A DNA stretch of 64,000 nt from Lytechinus pictus (taxonomy: Eukaryota). The notes under the pieces are model-generated. The model had not been told where the DNA came from and did no database searches. It saw only the letters and a program-made list of their open reading frames with translations. Shown here piece by piece: positions 1 to 11,386 of this stretch. Location of the stretch: assembly GCF_037042905.1 (NCBI RefSeq), contig NC_087252.1, positions 6,510,001 to 6,574,000 on the forward strand. Direction: 5' to 3'. A program made the translations under genes and the position numbers. Within the stretch, counting starts at the first letter, position 1; each line of letters starts with the position of its first letter.

Positions 1-408
1 ACCACATCCCTGGACTGTAAGAGTGGTTTTGGTGTCTATCAATCGGCGGTGTTTGATATCCACCAACAGTCCAAATAGGTCAAGAAAATCGGCACCCAAA
101 ATCGGCGTAGGTATGTCTGTCACAACAAATATCCAGCGGAAAACACGCCGTAAACCGAGATCAAGTGTGAAAGACTTTTGTCCGAAAGTCTTGATTGGTG
201 ATCGATTTACAGCCTGTAGTTGGATATTTGTCGCGTCAACCCTAGCCGGTTTTCCCAATTTTGAATGAGGGAAAATGCTCACCTCAGCACCTGTGTCGAC
301 GAGATAGCGTGTACCAGTTGTGTACTTATCGTTGACAAAGAAAAGGCGACTGGGTTGGGTGCTGCCAAGGGGGTTAGTCGCCGCTATTCCTTGGCGGGGT
401 CGTTTCCC
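1..408 (-). CDS. pol: Retrotransposon pol N-terminus: aspartic protease (retropepsin), expressed by -1 frameshift; partial
   Basis: Stop-free frame 438->1: GKRPRQGIAATNPLGSTQPSRLFFVNDKYTTGTRYLVDTGAEVSIFPHSKLGKPARVDATNIQLQAVNRSPIKTFGQKSFTLDLGLRRVFRWIFVVTDIPTPILGADFLDLFGLLVDIKHRRLIDTKTTLTVQGCG. Catalytic Asp codon at 297-295. Absent from the ORF track because it has no stop inside the window. Confidence 0.92.
345..408 (-). promoter_or_regulatory. -1 programmed ribosomal frameshift signal (G GGA AAC + H-type pseudoknot)
   Basis: Heptamer 408-402, then a 6-nt spacer. Stem 1 is GCCAAGG(395-389)/CCTTGGC(370-364); stem 2 is GGCGACT(382-376)/AGTCGCC(351-345). pol lies in the -1 frame relative to gag. 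Confidence 0.88.
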
Positions 409-558
409 TGGGCCTGTCTTGCTGAGAAAGAGCAAGGACTAATGCACTTTTGAGCACTGCTCCCATATTTCCAGTGATACCAGCACTGGGCACCTGCATG
501 CTGTTCACTGCGATGCGGGCTGCGCGAAACTGATTGTGGGCGCTTGATCGAGTCCTTC
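384..558 (-). pseudogene. gag: Truncated gag C-terminus with CHCC zinc-knuckle motif
   Basis: ORF-track 384..572 contains CWYHWKYGSSAQKCISPCSF...QGN. Only about 75 nt separate the PBS from the motif and there is no ATG, so most of gag is missing. Confidence 0.85.
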
Positions 559-559
559 G

Positions 560-574
560 ACGTCGGGGTCACCA
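560..574 (-). promoter_or_regulatory. Primer binding site complementary to tRNA-Trp 3' end
   Basis: Plus strand reads ACGTCGGGGTCACCA, the 3' end of eukaryotic tRNA-Trp including CCA; it sits 1 nt from the inferred LTR end. Confidence 0.88.
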
Positions 575-575
575 G

Positions 576-1446
576 TTTAGGAAATTGGCAAAGCCGATCT
601 CCTAATATTTATATAAAAGTTAGGTCCTACCTTAATTCTTGCTCGCCAGAAGATAGAATGGGATCCAGCCGCTCAGAATCTCAGATAAATTGCACAAATC
701 CGTGAATAGAAATATATACACTTCACAATTTCATATACAGTAGATAAAGGGACAGATGTCACAAAATGTCTCGCGAAGTAATGAGCTCATTAAATATGCA
801 GAGAATATAGACTTCGAAGGAGTGGAAGTGACGGTAAGGAATAAGATTGGAAAATGCAGAGGAATAATTAAGTATAAGTTGATCCTCCACAAGATTTGAT
901 TCAATCCTCACTAGCAGCTGGATGAGATGGTCAGCATGAGTGGACAGGACGAAGGCAGAGAGTAGAGTGATGATGTGGTAGAGAAAACAAGTTGTTTTTA
1001 CCAACATCAGAAAAGATGAGACAAAGAAATAAGCGCCAAAAAGGGGGCATAACACAGTTGAGAAGAACAAAGAAGAGAGAAGCAGACTGTGAGAAAAGCA
1101 AACATGCAAGCATCTCTGTATGATGTTGTATACCTGCAAGTTCATTGCAATAAACAAGGAACAATGAAAGGATGTTTGCTCCAAGTCTAGGAACAAAAGA
1201 AAGGTTGTTTCTCAATATAAGAATGTGTTTGCCAAGTAGATTTGGACAGAAAATGAGTTGGCTTGCTCTGTGAATGTACAGTATTGTAGTACATACACAT
1301 GGCGTGAACAAGTGAGAATATATGAAATTGGAAATAAAAGAAAGAATTTATATACATATACAGAATGTTGAAATATAAATGAAAATATATACAGGGAAAG
1401 AATATATAGATGTAGATATATAAAAAGATATAGTCAAGTCACTACA
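576..1446 (-). repeat. 5' LTR (~871 bp)
   Basis: Begins TGTAG at 1446 and ends CTAAA at 576 (one mismatch from the expected CTACA), directly before the PBS. Confidence 0.7.
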
Positions 1447-2024
1447 AGTATAAGTTGATCCTCCACAAGATTTGAGTCGATCCTCACTAGCAGCTGGATG
1501 AGATGGTCAGCATGAGTGGTCAGGACGAAGGCAGAGAGTAGAGTCATGATGTGGTAGAGAAAACAAGTTGTTTTTACCAACATCAGAAAAGATGAGACAA
1601 AGAAATAAGCGCCAAAAAGGGAGGCAAAACGCAGTTGAAAAGAACAAAGAAGAGAGAAGCAGACTGTGAGAAAAGCAAACATGCAAGCATCTCTGTAGTG
1701 ATGTTGTATACCTGCAAGTTCATTGCAATAAACAAGGGACAATGAAAGGATGTTTGCTCCAAGTCTAAGAACAAAAGAAAGGTTGTTTCTCAATATAAGA
1801 ATGTGTTTGCCAAGTAGATTTGGACAGAAAATGAGTTGGCTTGCTCTGTGAATGTACAGTATTGTAGTACATACACATGGCGTGAACAAGTGAGAATATA
1901 TGAAATTGGAAATAAAAGAAAGAATTTATATACATATACAGAATGTTGAAATATAAATGAAAATATATACAAGGAAAGAATATATAGATGTAGATATATA
2001 AAAAGATATAGTCAAGTCACTACA
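871..2024. repeat. Tandem duplication of ~577 bp (871-1446 and 1447-2024), the 5' part of the LTR
   Basis: Two directly adjacent copies with about a dozen differences counted by eye; both end AGTCAAGTCACTACA on the plus strand. Confidence 0.95.
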
Positions 2025-2195
2025 CTATAAAATGCTGGTTCCATATTGTTTAGGGAGAAATTAATCGTTGTTTCACTTGACAATGAGAAGAAAATTAGAA
2101 TATTTCACTTCTCATATAATAAAATACTATATGTACTCGAGACAAAACTGCAAAACTAAGACCTAATTAACCAACTACAAAACTGAGACACTGTG

Positions 2196-2381
2196 CAGGG
2201 GCCGCGGAACGGGGGGGGGGGGGGGGCTGGGGGGGGGGCTTCAGCCCCCCACTTTTTTTCCAAAACCGTGTACAAAAATGTAAAAATGACCATATGATTG
2301 TGTTTTTTAGCATGGTCAGCCCCCCCCACTTTTGGCTCAGCCCCCCCCCCCCCCACTTTGACAACCGTTCCGCGGCCCCTG
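2196..2381. mobile_element. GC-rich MITE (TIR CAGGGGCCGCGGAA); related copies at 2710-2867 (inverted) and 58921-59110
   Basis: TIR CAGGGGCCGCGGAACGG / CCGTTCCGCGGCCCCTG; CTGTG duplicated on both sides; shared interior AAACCGTGTACAAAA..GTAAAAATGACCATA.GATTGTG. Confidence 0.85.
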
Positions 2382-2709
2382 CTGTGTAATACCCATTGGA
2401 TGAAGCCGAGTCTGTACAGTAACTGGATCACAGACTATAGGCTGCATAACAATGAGCAAGACAAATTAATCAAAATTGACAAAATAGACAAATTAATCAT
2501 GGGCGTAAATATTCATATCTAAATGTGCGTGCCTTATAGAACCCAATATAACAACAACAACAACAAGAATTACCAGGGATTACACAGGGAGTTAGTTTTA
2601 GTTGGTTAGGTCTTAGTTTTGTAGTTTTTTTTGTGATATATGGGTCTTGGGTCTTAGGTCTTCATTTTGTAGACACCCTATGAAAACCCACTTCGAGCAA
2701 GGCGCAAAG

Positions 2710-2867
2710 CAGGGGCCGCGGAACGGTTTTCAAAGTGGGGGGGGGGGGGGGGGGGCTGACCATGCAAAAAATCACAATCATATGGTCATTTTTACGTTTT
2801 TGTACACGGTTTTGGAAAAAGTGGGGGATGAAGCACCCCAGCCCCCCCCCCCGCTTCCGCAGCCCCT
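2710..2867. mobile_element. GC-rich MITE, inverted copy of the 2196 family
   Basis: Reverse-complement similarity to 2196-2381 over its whole length. Confidence 0.8.
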
Positions 2868-3584
2868 TATGTTTAATTCATTTGGATATTGATTTCATTA
2901 TGTTTTATTATCATGATCATATAGTCAATCGGACGTATTGAATTGTGAATGGGTGAATGAAATGTCTCACTGGCTCCAATGGCGTAATGTATACCAAAAA
3001 ATTAAGCGGCTACACATGGCGTATCAGGTAAAATTCTTAAAATTTGTTAACGAGCGAAGCGACCGAGCAAAGATTTTGACAATTTTATTTAAAATCCAAT
3101 TTTGTGATACTTTTTTTCGAAATATTCAGAAAGTGATATCGTATTTTTCCCTTCTCTTTTGTCCTTTCTCTTTTGTTTTTCTTGGTCGTGATTTTGTATC
3201 TATTTATTTATTTATTTTTTTTTTTTTGGGGGGGGGGGGAGCAAGCGTTCGTCCCAAGCCCCCCCCCCCCATCACTGTATTTGTGTCTGTGTTTGGCTCG
3301 ACCGCAAAATGTTGCCCATACTCAATCAGGAATGGATCCAGGACTTGTCCGCTATGGGACGTACAGGCCTGGGAACGATTTCTTCAGAATAAATAAATGA
3401 ATAAACAAGTAATTGAGCAAACATATAAATAAATGAATAGATAGATATATAAATAAATAGATACATGAAAAAATAGATGAAACAATAAATGAATATATAA
3501 AAATGAATAAATAAACTAAAGAAATAAGTTTTTTTGTCATAACTCTAGGATCATACGGCGTCCCATATATTGGTGCTGCATGTT

Positions 3585-3624
3585 GTTGGTATAGTAACCC
3601 ACAACACAAATGATCTTTGTTTAC
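3585..3624 (+). promoter_or_regulatory. Candidate RFX X-box and forkhead (FoxJ1-type) site upstream of CFAP126
   Basis: GTTGGTATAGTAAC (3585-3598) is one mismatch from RTHNYYWTRRNRAC; TGTTTAC at 3618-3624. Both lie 100-140 bp upstream of the ATG of a ciliary gene. Confidence 0.55.
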
Positions 3625-3722
3625 CTTTTCATCAATGCTACCGCGCTCTCGTCCAACTCCACTTAAATAAGGAAGGCCCCCAAATTTTCACTTTTTTGAC
3701 ACACAGGGACTGTCTCATCATC

Positions 3723-6700
3723 ATGTCTTCTCACTTTAGTGCAAACCAGGTAGGCCTTTATGAATTGAATCTTTTAACCGTATGATTTATTTTTGTACAT
3801 TCCGAAATCTTCCACTCGTACACTTCTTCTCACTCAGGCTCAGCTCAGCTCGGCAAGCCCATGCAGTGGCAGTGCCATGCTGGCACTGTGGCAGTGGCAC
3901 CATTGACTACCCTCTCCCGGAGCTACGGCGGCGGAGTTTCGCTGTGAATCGCACTGCCCCTGACCATGTATACTAATTCTACTGGCAAGCAGAATAGCAC
4001 AGGACTATTTTAACAATTAGCTGAATTTAATGAAGACATGTATCTGCTAAATTATCATTGCCAGCTGATGGAAAATTGTAGTAACTTTGCCTTTGGAAAA
4101 GTCTAAAATTAATTTCAGAATTGGTTGTTAATCAATGACATTCAATCATTTCATGTTGTTATTGTTATAAAAATAATCATTGTTACATGTAATTTATTTT
4201 GAATCTCTCTGATGAATGCACTAACAATAGTGTATGGGTGTATTGTAAGCAGCTAGTGCATTATAATTAATAATTTATACCAATATTGAGAGTTTCAGTT
4301 CCATTTATAGCCACACTACCGTAGGCGGCGGAAGTGGGGGGATGGGGGGGACGTGTCCCCCCCTAAATTATTTTTTTTTGCTTGTCAAAAAATTTTGGTT
4401 GATATATAACCTTTTTTTTTTTGCTTGTCAAAAAATTTTGGTGGTCCCCCCCTAAATTGTTCAGCTTCCGCCCCCAATGCACACTACCCCATTTCTATCC
4501 CCCTTTATCTTATTTTTTCTTTCTTTCAACAGTATGAACAAGCATTTGACAGCAGAAGACTGCAGAACTTTCAAATCCCTAAAACGTACAAAGAGGTAAG
4601 TTTTTTCTTCTAAGAATGCAAGGAGAAGAATTTACCGCAAAGGAAGTGTTTATCACTGGGTGTTTTAGGGGGCAGAGAAGTAGCCTAGATTGATTTCTTC
4701 AGAATAATTCACAAGCAACTAAGGAAAACATTTTAAATCTGTTATTAAAGTGCTCCCTGAAAAAGAAAACAGGGCTCGGGCATTTTGAAGCGAGTCACTT
4801 TTCTTACAAAATGGAGTTTCGATTTTTCCTTAGTTGTTTTCATTGGTGCCAGGCAGAAGCACTATAGCTTGTCTGTGAACCAACTTAGGTCTTCATTATA
4901 CTTATAGGCCTATTATGGTAGAAACTCGAAAGTAAAAAAGAAAATCTTTACACATTTCAAAGTCAATGTAATTAGGAGTGGGCTATAAATGGATGATTTG
5001 GGGTTTTACTGTGCCAAAAGTTTTTTTGTATTCCTTTTACCTTATCTCAACATGAAATGATAATATTTTTTGTCTCGGGTCCGAGAATAATGTGTGCCGG
5101 GCCAAAATCCAAAATGGCCGCCAAACCCCCCAAAATTACAGTTTTGGCCACAACTTCTTTATTTGGTGGTCTTTTTTTCTGGTTTTGGTGTCTATTCATA
5201 TGTTTTGGGGGGCAGACAATATGTTTTACCTGAAATTAGTACTTAAAAACCATTATTTGTAGAGTTAAAGGGTTATTTTACCTAATTTTACACATTTTTA
5301 GACCCATTTTCAGCAAAAAATTAGGTTTCATCGTCTTGTGGTTCTTGGATATTGGACAATACGAGTTCCACAATAGCAAGTAGTTTCATATAGCTATATT
5401 GCTCTTATTCCTCTACTTTGGGTTAGATCTACGGATATTTTTGAAATATATCTTATTAAATAAAAAATGTTGTTTATCCATCTATAGGGGCCATACAGTA
5501 TACAATGTATTGTACATACTGCACTGCATACATGTATGTCCATGCATTGGCCACCATGGCAAGGTCTACAGGTAGATATATATATAAACTATAGTGTCAT
5601 GTTGAGATACATTACAAGGAATAGATAAAAACTGTTGGCATATTAAATTGACAAAAAAAAGTATTTTGACCCCTGTATAGCCCACTCCTAATGTAATGGG
5701 GAAAAAATGATGTAATAATCCCAATTAAAGCTGGTTATGTTCATATTGTTTGCGATGTCAGTTGTAACTTTATGTATGGGTTAATGTTCCTCACATATTT
5801 ATACACTTCAGCAGTGAAAGGAGTCAAATAACTCAGAGAATAAAAGGAGAGAAAAAGAAGGGAGAAACATGAGGAAAGATTGAGAGGAAGAAATCAAAGA
5901 TAAAGGAAAAAGAAGAAGAGGAAGAAGGAGGAGGAGACTAAAGAATTAAAAATAAAATAAGAAAGTTCTGAAATGATATTTGGTTGAATGCTAATTTGAA
6001 AGTGTACAAAGACATATGTGTTTTGTAGACTAAAAATGCATAAATTTCATGATGATTACAAATTTCATTCCTTCAGAAATAGTAGTGAGATAATTTGTCT
6101 ATTGATGTACTGAAGGTACAAATAAACCCCATTTTGATTTTTTTTCTGAGAAGATTTTTTTAATTCACGGAACAAGGGAAGCTGCTCTCATTAACGATGT
6201 CACAATAAAAAAATTAAATTCTAAGAAATTTTTGTATCTTTAGTGGATTTACCTCAAAACTTAACAAATTGTAATATTTTGCTCTACTATTTTTACAATA
6301 AACTTTTTTCAGTGTGAACTTCCCCTTTAAGTGCCTTAGAACTAACCAAATTATTAATTAATTCTCCAGATTAATGTTCTCTACTCCTTTTGCCTTGACA
6401 GAGACCTTCATCCTATGAGGGCTTTACCCAAATCATAGCCACTGACCGCGGCCATCTAAAACCAGGCGTACCACGATCTGAAGATTCCCCTTGGGGTAAT
6501 TTCGTCGGGACGTGGGATATGCCAAAGAAGATTCCCGGCAATGTGACTACCTACATGGCTAGAGGTGATCCAGCCGTTGAGAATATCAAGAAGACAAGAG
6601 CGGAGCACAATGAATATATGAGACAAGCGGTTTCACCGGACAAGACTCTGTCACTTGAACCTATGGTATAATAAAGCTTGAATTATATTTTAGGCGGTGG

Positions 6701-7512
6701 CTAGCTAATTTAGTTTAAGTTTATTTCTCATTTCTTTTTAAAAACAGAATGCATTCTAAACAGCTATACATGCTTGAATCATGTTTGAGGTGGTGGCTTA
6801 TTTTTTCCAGTTTGTTTCTCATGTCTTACAAGAAACAAAATCAATGCTTGAATCATATTTTAGGTGTGGACTTATTTAAGTTCATTTTGTTTCTCTTTTC
6901 TTAAAACAATAAGCCCCATGCTGGGAATTAACCCAGGACTTTTCATGCGGAGTCCGATGCCTTAGACCACACGACCATGGCACTGCCACCTTTATTGATA
7001 TTTGAAAGCAGTTATATGATGTTCCCCCCCCCCCCATTACTAGTCATAGCCATTTGACATGCATATTTACAAACAATTTAGCACTCAAGGGCCCGTATTC
7101 TGAAGTCAGGTTTAACTTAGACCATGGTCTAACTCTGTGCTAAAATTATGGGAAGCCAAAAGTGTCAAAATTTTTATTAAGTTGTACGTTTCTTATGTTT
7201 ACTGTGCTCTTTCCTGATCCTTCGATGGTGAAGACAATCATCTATTTAAATACTTCCTAGACAATTATGAATGATTTTAGAGCCGAATGAGCTGTATGAT
7301 ATCTCTACCAGTAGTGATTTATGTAACAATTGGCTATCCATACTTAAACCACAACTTTAAACCTGAGTTCATTAAGTTAAACCCAACTTTAGAATACGGG
7401 TCTCAGTGATTAATATTTTATGTTTCTCTTTACATTTTTACAGCCACAAGTTACTAAAGCTGCAGAAGAAGATAGACCGTATAACCCAAGCCCAGAAGCG
7501 CTAGCATCATAG
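3723..7512 (+). CDS. CFAP126: Protein Flattop / cilia- and flagella-associated protein 126 (4 exons, 140 aa)
   Basis: Exons 3723-3749, 4533-4595, 6402-6665, 7444-7512, all phase 0, GT-AG. Protein MSSHFSANQ-YEQAFDSRRLQNFQIPKTYKE-RPSSYEGFTQIIATDRGHLKPGVPRSEDSPWGNFVGTWDMPKKIPG... matches Flattop motifs SANQYE.AF, TQIIA.DRGHL and PWG.F.GTW.MP. Confidence 0.95.
4320..4479. mobile_element. hAT-type MITE in CFAP126 intron 1
   Basis: Perfect 8-bp TSD CACACTAC (4312-4319, 4480-4487); imperfect TIR ..GGCGGAAG/CTTCCGCC.. Confidence 0.8.
4972..5691. mobile_element. Non-autonomous DNA transposon in CFAP126 intron 2
   Basis: Perfect 16-bp TIR TTAGGAGTGGGCTATA/TATAGCCCACTCCTAA. Flanking duplication is TGTAA (or ATGTAAT if the TIR is trimmed by 1 nt), so the superfamily is unclear. 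Confidence 0.85.
7089..7403. mobile_element. MITE (GGGCCCGTATTCT TIR)
   Basis: GGGCCCGTATTCTGAAGTCAGGTTTAACTT pairs imperfectly with AAGTTAAACCCAACTTTAGAATACGGGTC. Confidence 0.75.
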
Positions 7513-7951
7513 AAATATAATCACTACTTTGCCATGATCCTCATCAATATATTGTATCTCCATTCTCTGATGGTTATCATGTGAAGTGAAAGGATTTTCT
7601 TCTGTTTTGTAAATGTAGATTTGCGAATAATGCCAAATTCTTCTTAAACAGTTACCATAGAGACGCGAATGTGATTTATACCTCATTTTGATTGACACTG
7701 CCAAGCAGAGAAAGTCAAAGATGCTCTGAATATGTTAAAGAGACAAGCATGCTATATGGTGGTCGTGTTGCGGACTGAAATTAATGTAATAGCAAGGATG
7801 GATATTTTAGGTATTGCATGGTGCATGTTACACAAAGAGAAACAATCAATCTTACAATCAATTATGAATCTCAATTTCCTGAATTACTTCCATTGACCAG
7901 TAATTGATCTCATCTGTAAGAGTGATTTATCCTTCAGGTTTCTTGGCCCAG

Positions 7952-8095
7952 GGGTCCGTTGCAGAAAGAGTTGCGTTTAAACGCAAGTAAAAAAATCAAT
8001 CGCAAGTCCCAAATGCGCGCTGTTGATTGGTTGAAAATCAAGTTGCACATGATTTTAGAGTTGCGATTGATTGCAACTCTTTCTGCAACGGACCC
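7952..8095. mobile_element. PIF/Harbinger-type MITE with CAG TSD
   Basis: Perfect TIR GGGTCCGTTGCAGAAAGAGTTGC / GCAACTCTTTCTGCAACGGACCC; CAG on both sides. Confidence 0.85.
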
Positions 8096-10055
8096 CAGGT
8101 GGCATACAAATAAATCATGTACTTTAAAGTTCTAAGAATCAGATATTCATAACCAAATCAATACCTGGTTTATAATATCAGTATCACAGTGTCAATTATT
8201 TTATGTGATACTTGTATTTGTCATTGGCAGTTTTTAATTTTCATGATAAAGACGGTCAAGGATAGTTTTCTTGAAAGCTCTGTCCCCTTCTCTCTCCCTT
8301 TCTCTCTAGAGTTATCAATTTCCTTTAAGTGGTGTGGTAAATGAATCATCTGATTTTTTAAAATCCTTACTTATTAATACTTGAAGATGGATTATATAAA
8401 GTGTTTGGAAAAGATGATTATTTTGCTGTCAAAACAGGCACATTTGCCCTAGTTCACAAAGGAAATTTTGAACCATATAGTGGGAATTTAAACCGTTCCT
8501 AGTTTTCTTTGCAATTAATTGGTCAATGTCCATGTGAAGATCTGAAGAAAATATGTAATTTGATCTGGATCGCGTAACACAAAGGATAGCGATTAATCAT
8601 AAACTTGATTTTCATGATTAATTCTACATTGTAGTCAATGCAATCAATTGTAAAAATATGTTGTATGATGATTGCTAAGCTTTGTGGTACGGGCCTGAGA
8701 GTATGCGTAAATCTCCAAAAGGAATTCAAATCGATTTTGTGCATTTGGGTCACTGTAACATTTCACAATTTTTCATAGTAGTTTTTAGTGGAAAAATTAT
8801 TTGCATATCAATTTTTTTCTTGACAGATATTTTCTAAGAATAATGTGCTTTTTGAATGTTTTTCTAGTGTTGATTTCAGAAGAAAATTTGCACCCCACGT
8901 AATCATGCATAATAACCTATAAATTATCGGTTTGTCCAAGGTTGTGGAATCATTTATTTCATTTTGAAATTATGATGCCATCTGTTTGCCCATGCAACTC
9001 TAACTAAGAGCCAGCTATTGTAAAATTTGATGTAAACTATGATGGCAACATAATTTTAGTGATAAATGCAAATGGTTGAAAGTATGGTATCCTTTCTTCC
9101 TTCAAATATTAAAGCATTTGGTATAAATATTGTGTAGAGAAATAAATGACGAAAAAATTGTTGGTCTATTGTGCATAATATAAGACATTGTCTCATACAA
9201 TATATACCGGTACAAAGAACACCGAGTTATGTGTAAAAAAAATTAAATCATGTAAGTTATGAATTGTCATTAATATATGAATCATTTGTTTCTATTCTAA
9301 CATGCTTTCTGCAATTGTAATATTCGACTTATTTCTTCTTTGGATATTGTAACTGTATATTAGATTGTAAATATATAAATGGTGTAAATTAAATATTAAA
9401 AAATCTGAAATTGATTATTCTGAACACTTATTCTTATTTCATTGATCGTAACATAGGTTTATGAAACTGGCCAACCCCATTATTTGTTGCAAACTTTCCA
9501 ATTAGTGTTTCCTGCAGTAGTTTGCCATTCATGTTTACTCATTCACCCATTATAAGCTACTGAAATGAATGCCTCTGATTGGCTGAGAGTAGATTTGCTG
9601 GAGGAGTATTCATTGATAAAAACACTTCATGAAATGCTATGTATGTTTAGTTTTGCACTGTTCCAATGAAACATCACAAATCTTGGCACCTAGCTGGTCT
9701 GTGATATCATGCCCCCACTCTCCTTTTCTTAGATATTAACGATATATGAAATCCTTTTGTATGCTTGTGTCATATCTTTGTAACAAACTATTTGCACCAA
9801 TTATAATCAGATCAGATTTATTTCCAACAGAAATGACATAAATATTGATACAAATCATTTTCATATATTTATAACAAATATTTACGATACAAATCATTAT
9901 AATTATATTAAAAAACATCAATGATAATTATCATAAAGATATATATACAAAATATGGTGCATTTTGTAGACAAATTATAATATAAAATATATAATTCAAA
10001 TAGAAATCATCTTACATAAGTAGGTGAGTAATCCTACATAATAGATAATACCGTA

Positions 10056-10304
10056 TAGGGGCGGATCCAGGATTTTTCGAAGGGGGGGGGGGCACATTTG
10101 ACAAGCAAAAAAAAAAAGGTTTTCACAAAAAATTAAAGGGATTTCGTCCACGAAAAAAAATTGACCAGCAAAAAAAAAAGGTCTTCACTTACAAAAGGGG
10201 GAGCACACTTCTGTTTTAACGGTATTTTTACATTACAAATTTTAATTGTGCCTCTCAAAAGGGGCAAGGGCCGGCATGTGCCCCCCCCCCTGGATCCGCC
10301 ACTG
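10056..10304. mobile_element. hAT-like GC-terminal MITE
   Basis: TIR ..GGCGGATCCAGG / CCTGGATCCGCC..; degenerate 8-bp TSD ATACCGTA/ATACAGTG. Confidence 0.7.
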
Positions 10305-11240
10305 ATACAGTGAAATTATTGAAAAAAGGGGAAATTGTACCACCAGCTCTAGCCATGTCATACAGAATTGTTTCTGTGCAACAATTCTTAACTGAAATTG
10401 ACTTTGCCCTTTTCCACCAGATTTTAATGAATATTCTCAATGTTATATCATGTATCATTCTGGCAAAAGCGTAACGACCGTCAATTTTTTTTTTTCCATA
10501 AACATTTTGAGAAAAATTTTTATTTTAGGGTATTTTCGCAACATCAAACTTTATATATAGATATATATATATATTAGACGCCCGAACTCTTATCTAAGAT
10601 GCTTGACCCAGTTGTACTAAAAAAATTAATCATCATATTGGCCCCGATATAGTCGTTCATGTTTATGAAATATTTCCCCTTAAGGCCTACTTAATACGAC
10701 AAAACATTATTTTTTCAATATTGAGAAAAACTAAACACACATATAAAGGCTTAAGCCTCATATTTTTATGAAGTAAGAAGAAAGCTTTTTTTCATTCGAT
10801 TTTAGGAACTATATAGACATTTTCTTCTCGTCCTCGATCTCCCCTATTCTTCTTCTTCTTCAGTTCTTTTGAGACGTTTCACTAATATGTGTTTGTGTGG
10901 CTCCGACCTGATAAAGTTTTTAATTTCTTATGAAATAATTTTCTAAGAATGACAATATGGAAAACTGAAAATTATTGACGCCCCGAAGTTAAGAGAGCGA
11001 GAGAGGGAGAAGGGGCCGGCCGGGGGGGGGGGGGGGGGGATTTTTAAGTTTCTTTTATAATTGCAACTATAGAAAGAAAGAAAAAACGTTTGGATTTTTC
11101 CCATCACAAAAGCATGAGTACCAATGTAATATCCGGTGTAATATATGCCATGATAATTTCATATCGATTAATTTTGAGCTGGATTGCAGAATATATAAAG
11201 CTGATAGCCATAACTGGCCACTGAAGTAGCTGTCGTCAAC

Positions 11241-11259
11241 TGACCACTAGATGGCGACA
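11241..11259 (+). promoter_or_regulatory. Candidate CTCF site upstream of CCDC191
   Basis: TGACCACTAGATGGCGACA matches the core CCASYAGRKGGC; ~130 bp upstream of the ATG. Confidence 0.6.
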
Positions 11260-11386
11260 TTTCAAAAATATTTTGTCAGAGTTGAAAAAATAGTGAAGAT
11301 CGTGAAGACTCGAATTCAGTGAAATTTGTGCCGTTGAATTGATTAAATTGATTAAACATGTTAAATGATAATGTAAGTTGATAAGG

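Larger units (their letters stand above)
1..2024 (-). mobile_element. Ty3/gypsy LTR retrotransposon, CsRn1/Kabuki/Boudicca-like, 5' portion (continues beyond window left edge); gag internally deleted
   Basis: Minus strand: LTR starting TGTAGTGAC (1446, repeated at 2024); PBS TGGTGACCCCGACGT (574-560); gag C-terminal Cx2Hx9Cx3C motif CWYHWKYGSSAQKCISPC (485-432); slippery site GGGAAAC (408-402); pol protease YLVDTGAEVSIFP...PILGADFL open to base 1. Confidence 0.93.

Noticed and set aside
759-1972. Hydrophobic ORFs of 60-151 aa on the minus strand
   Set aside because: They lie in the duplicated LTR, are frameshifted between the copies and show no recognisable motif.
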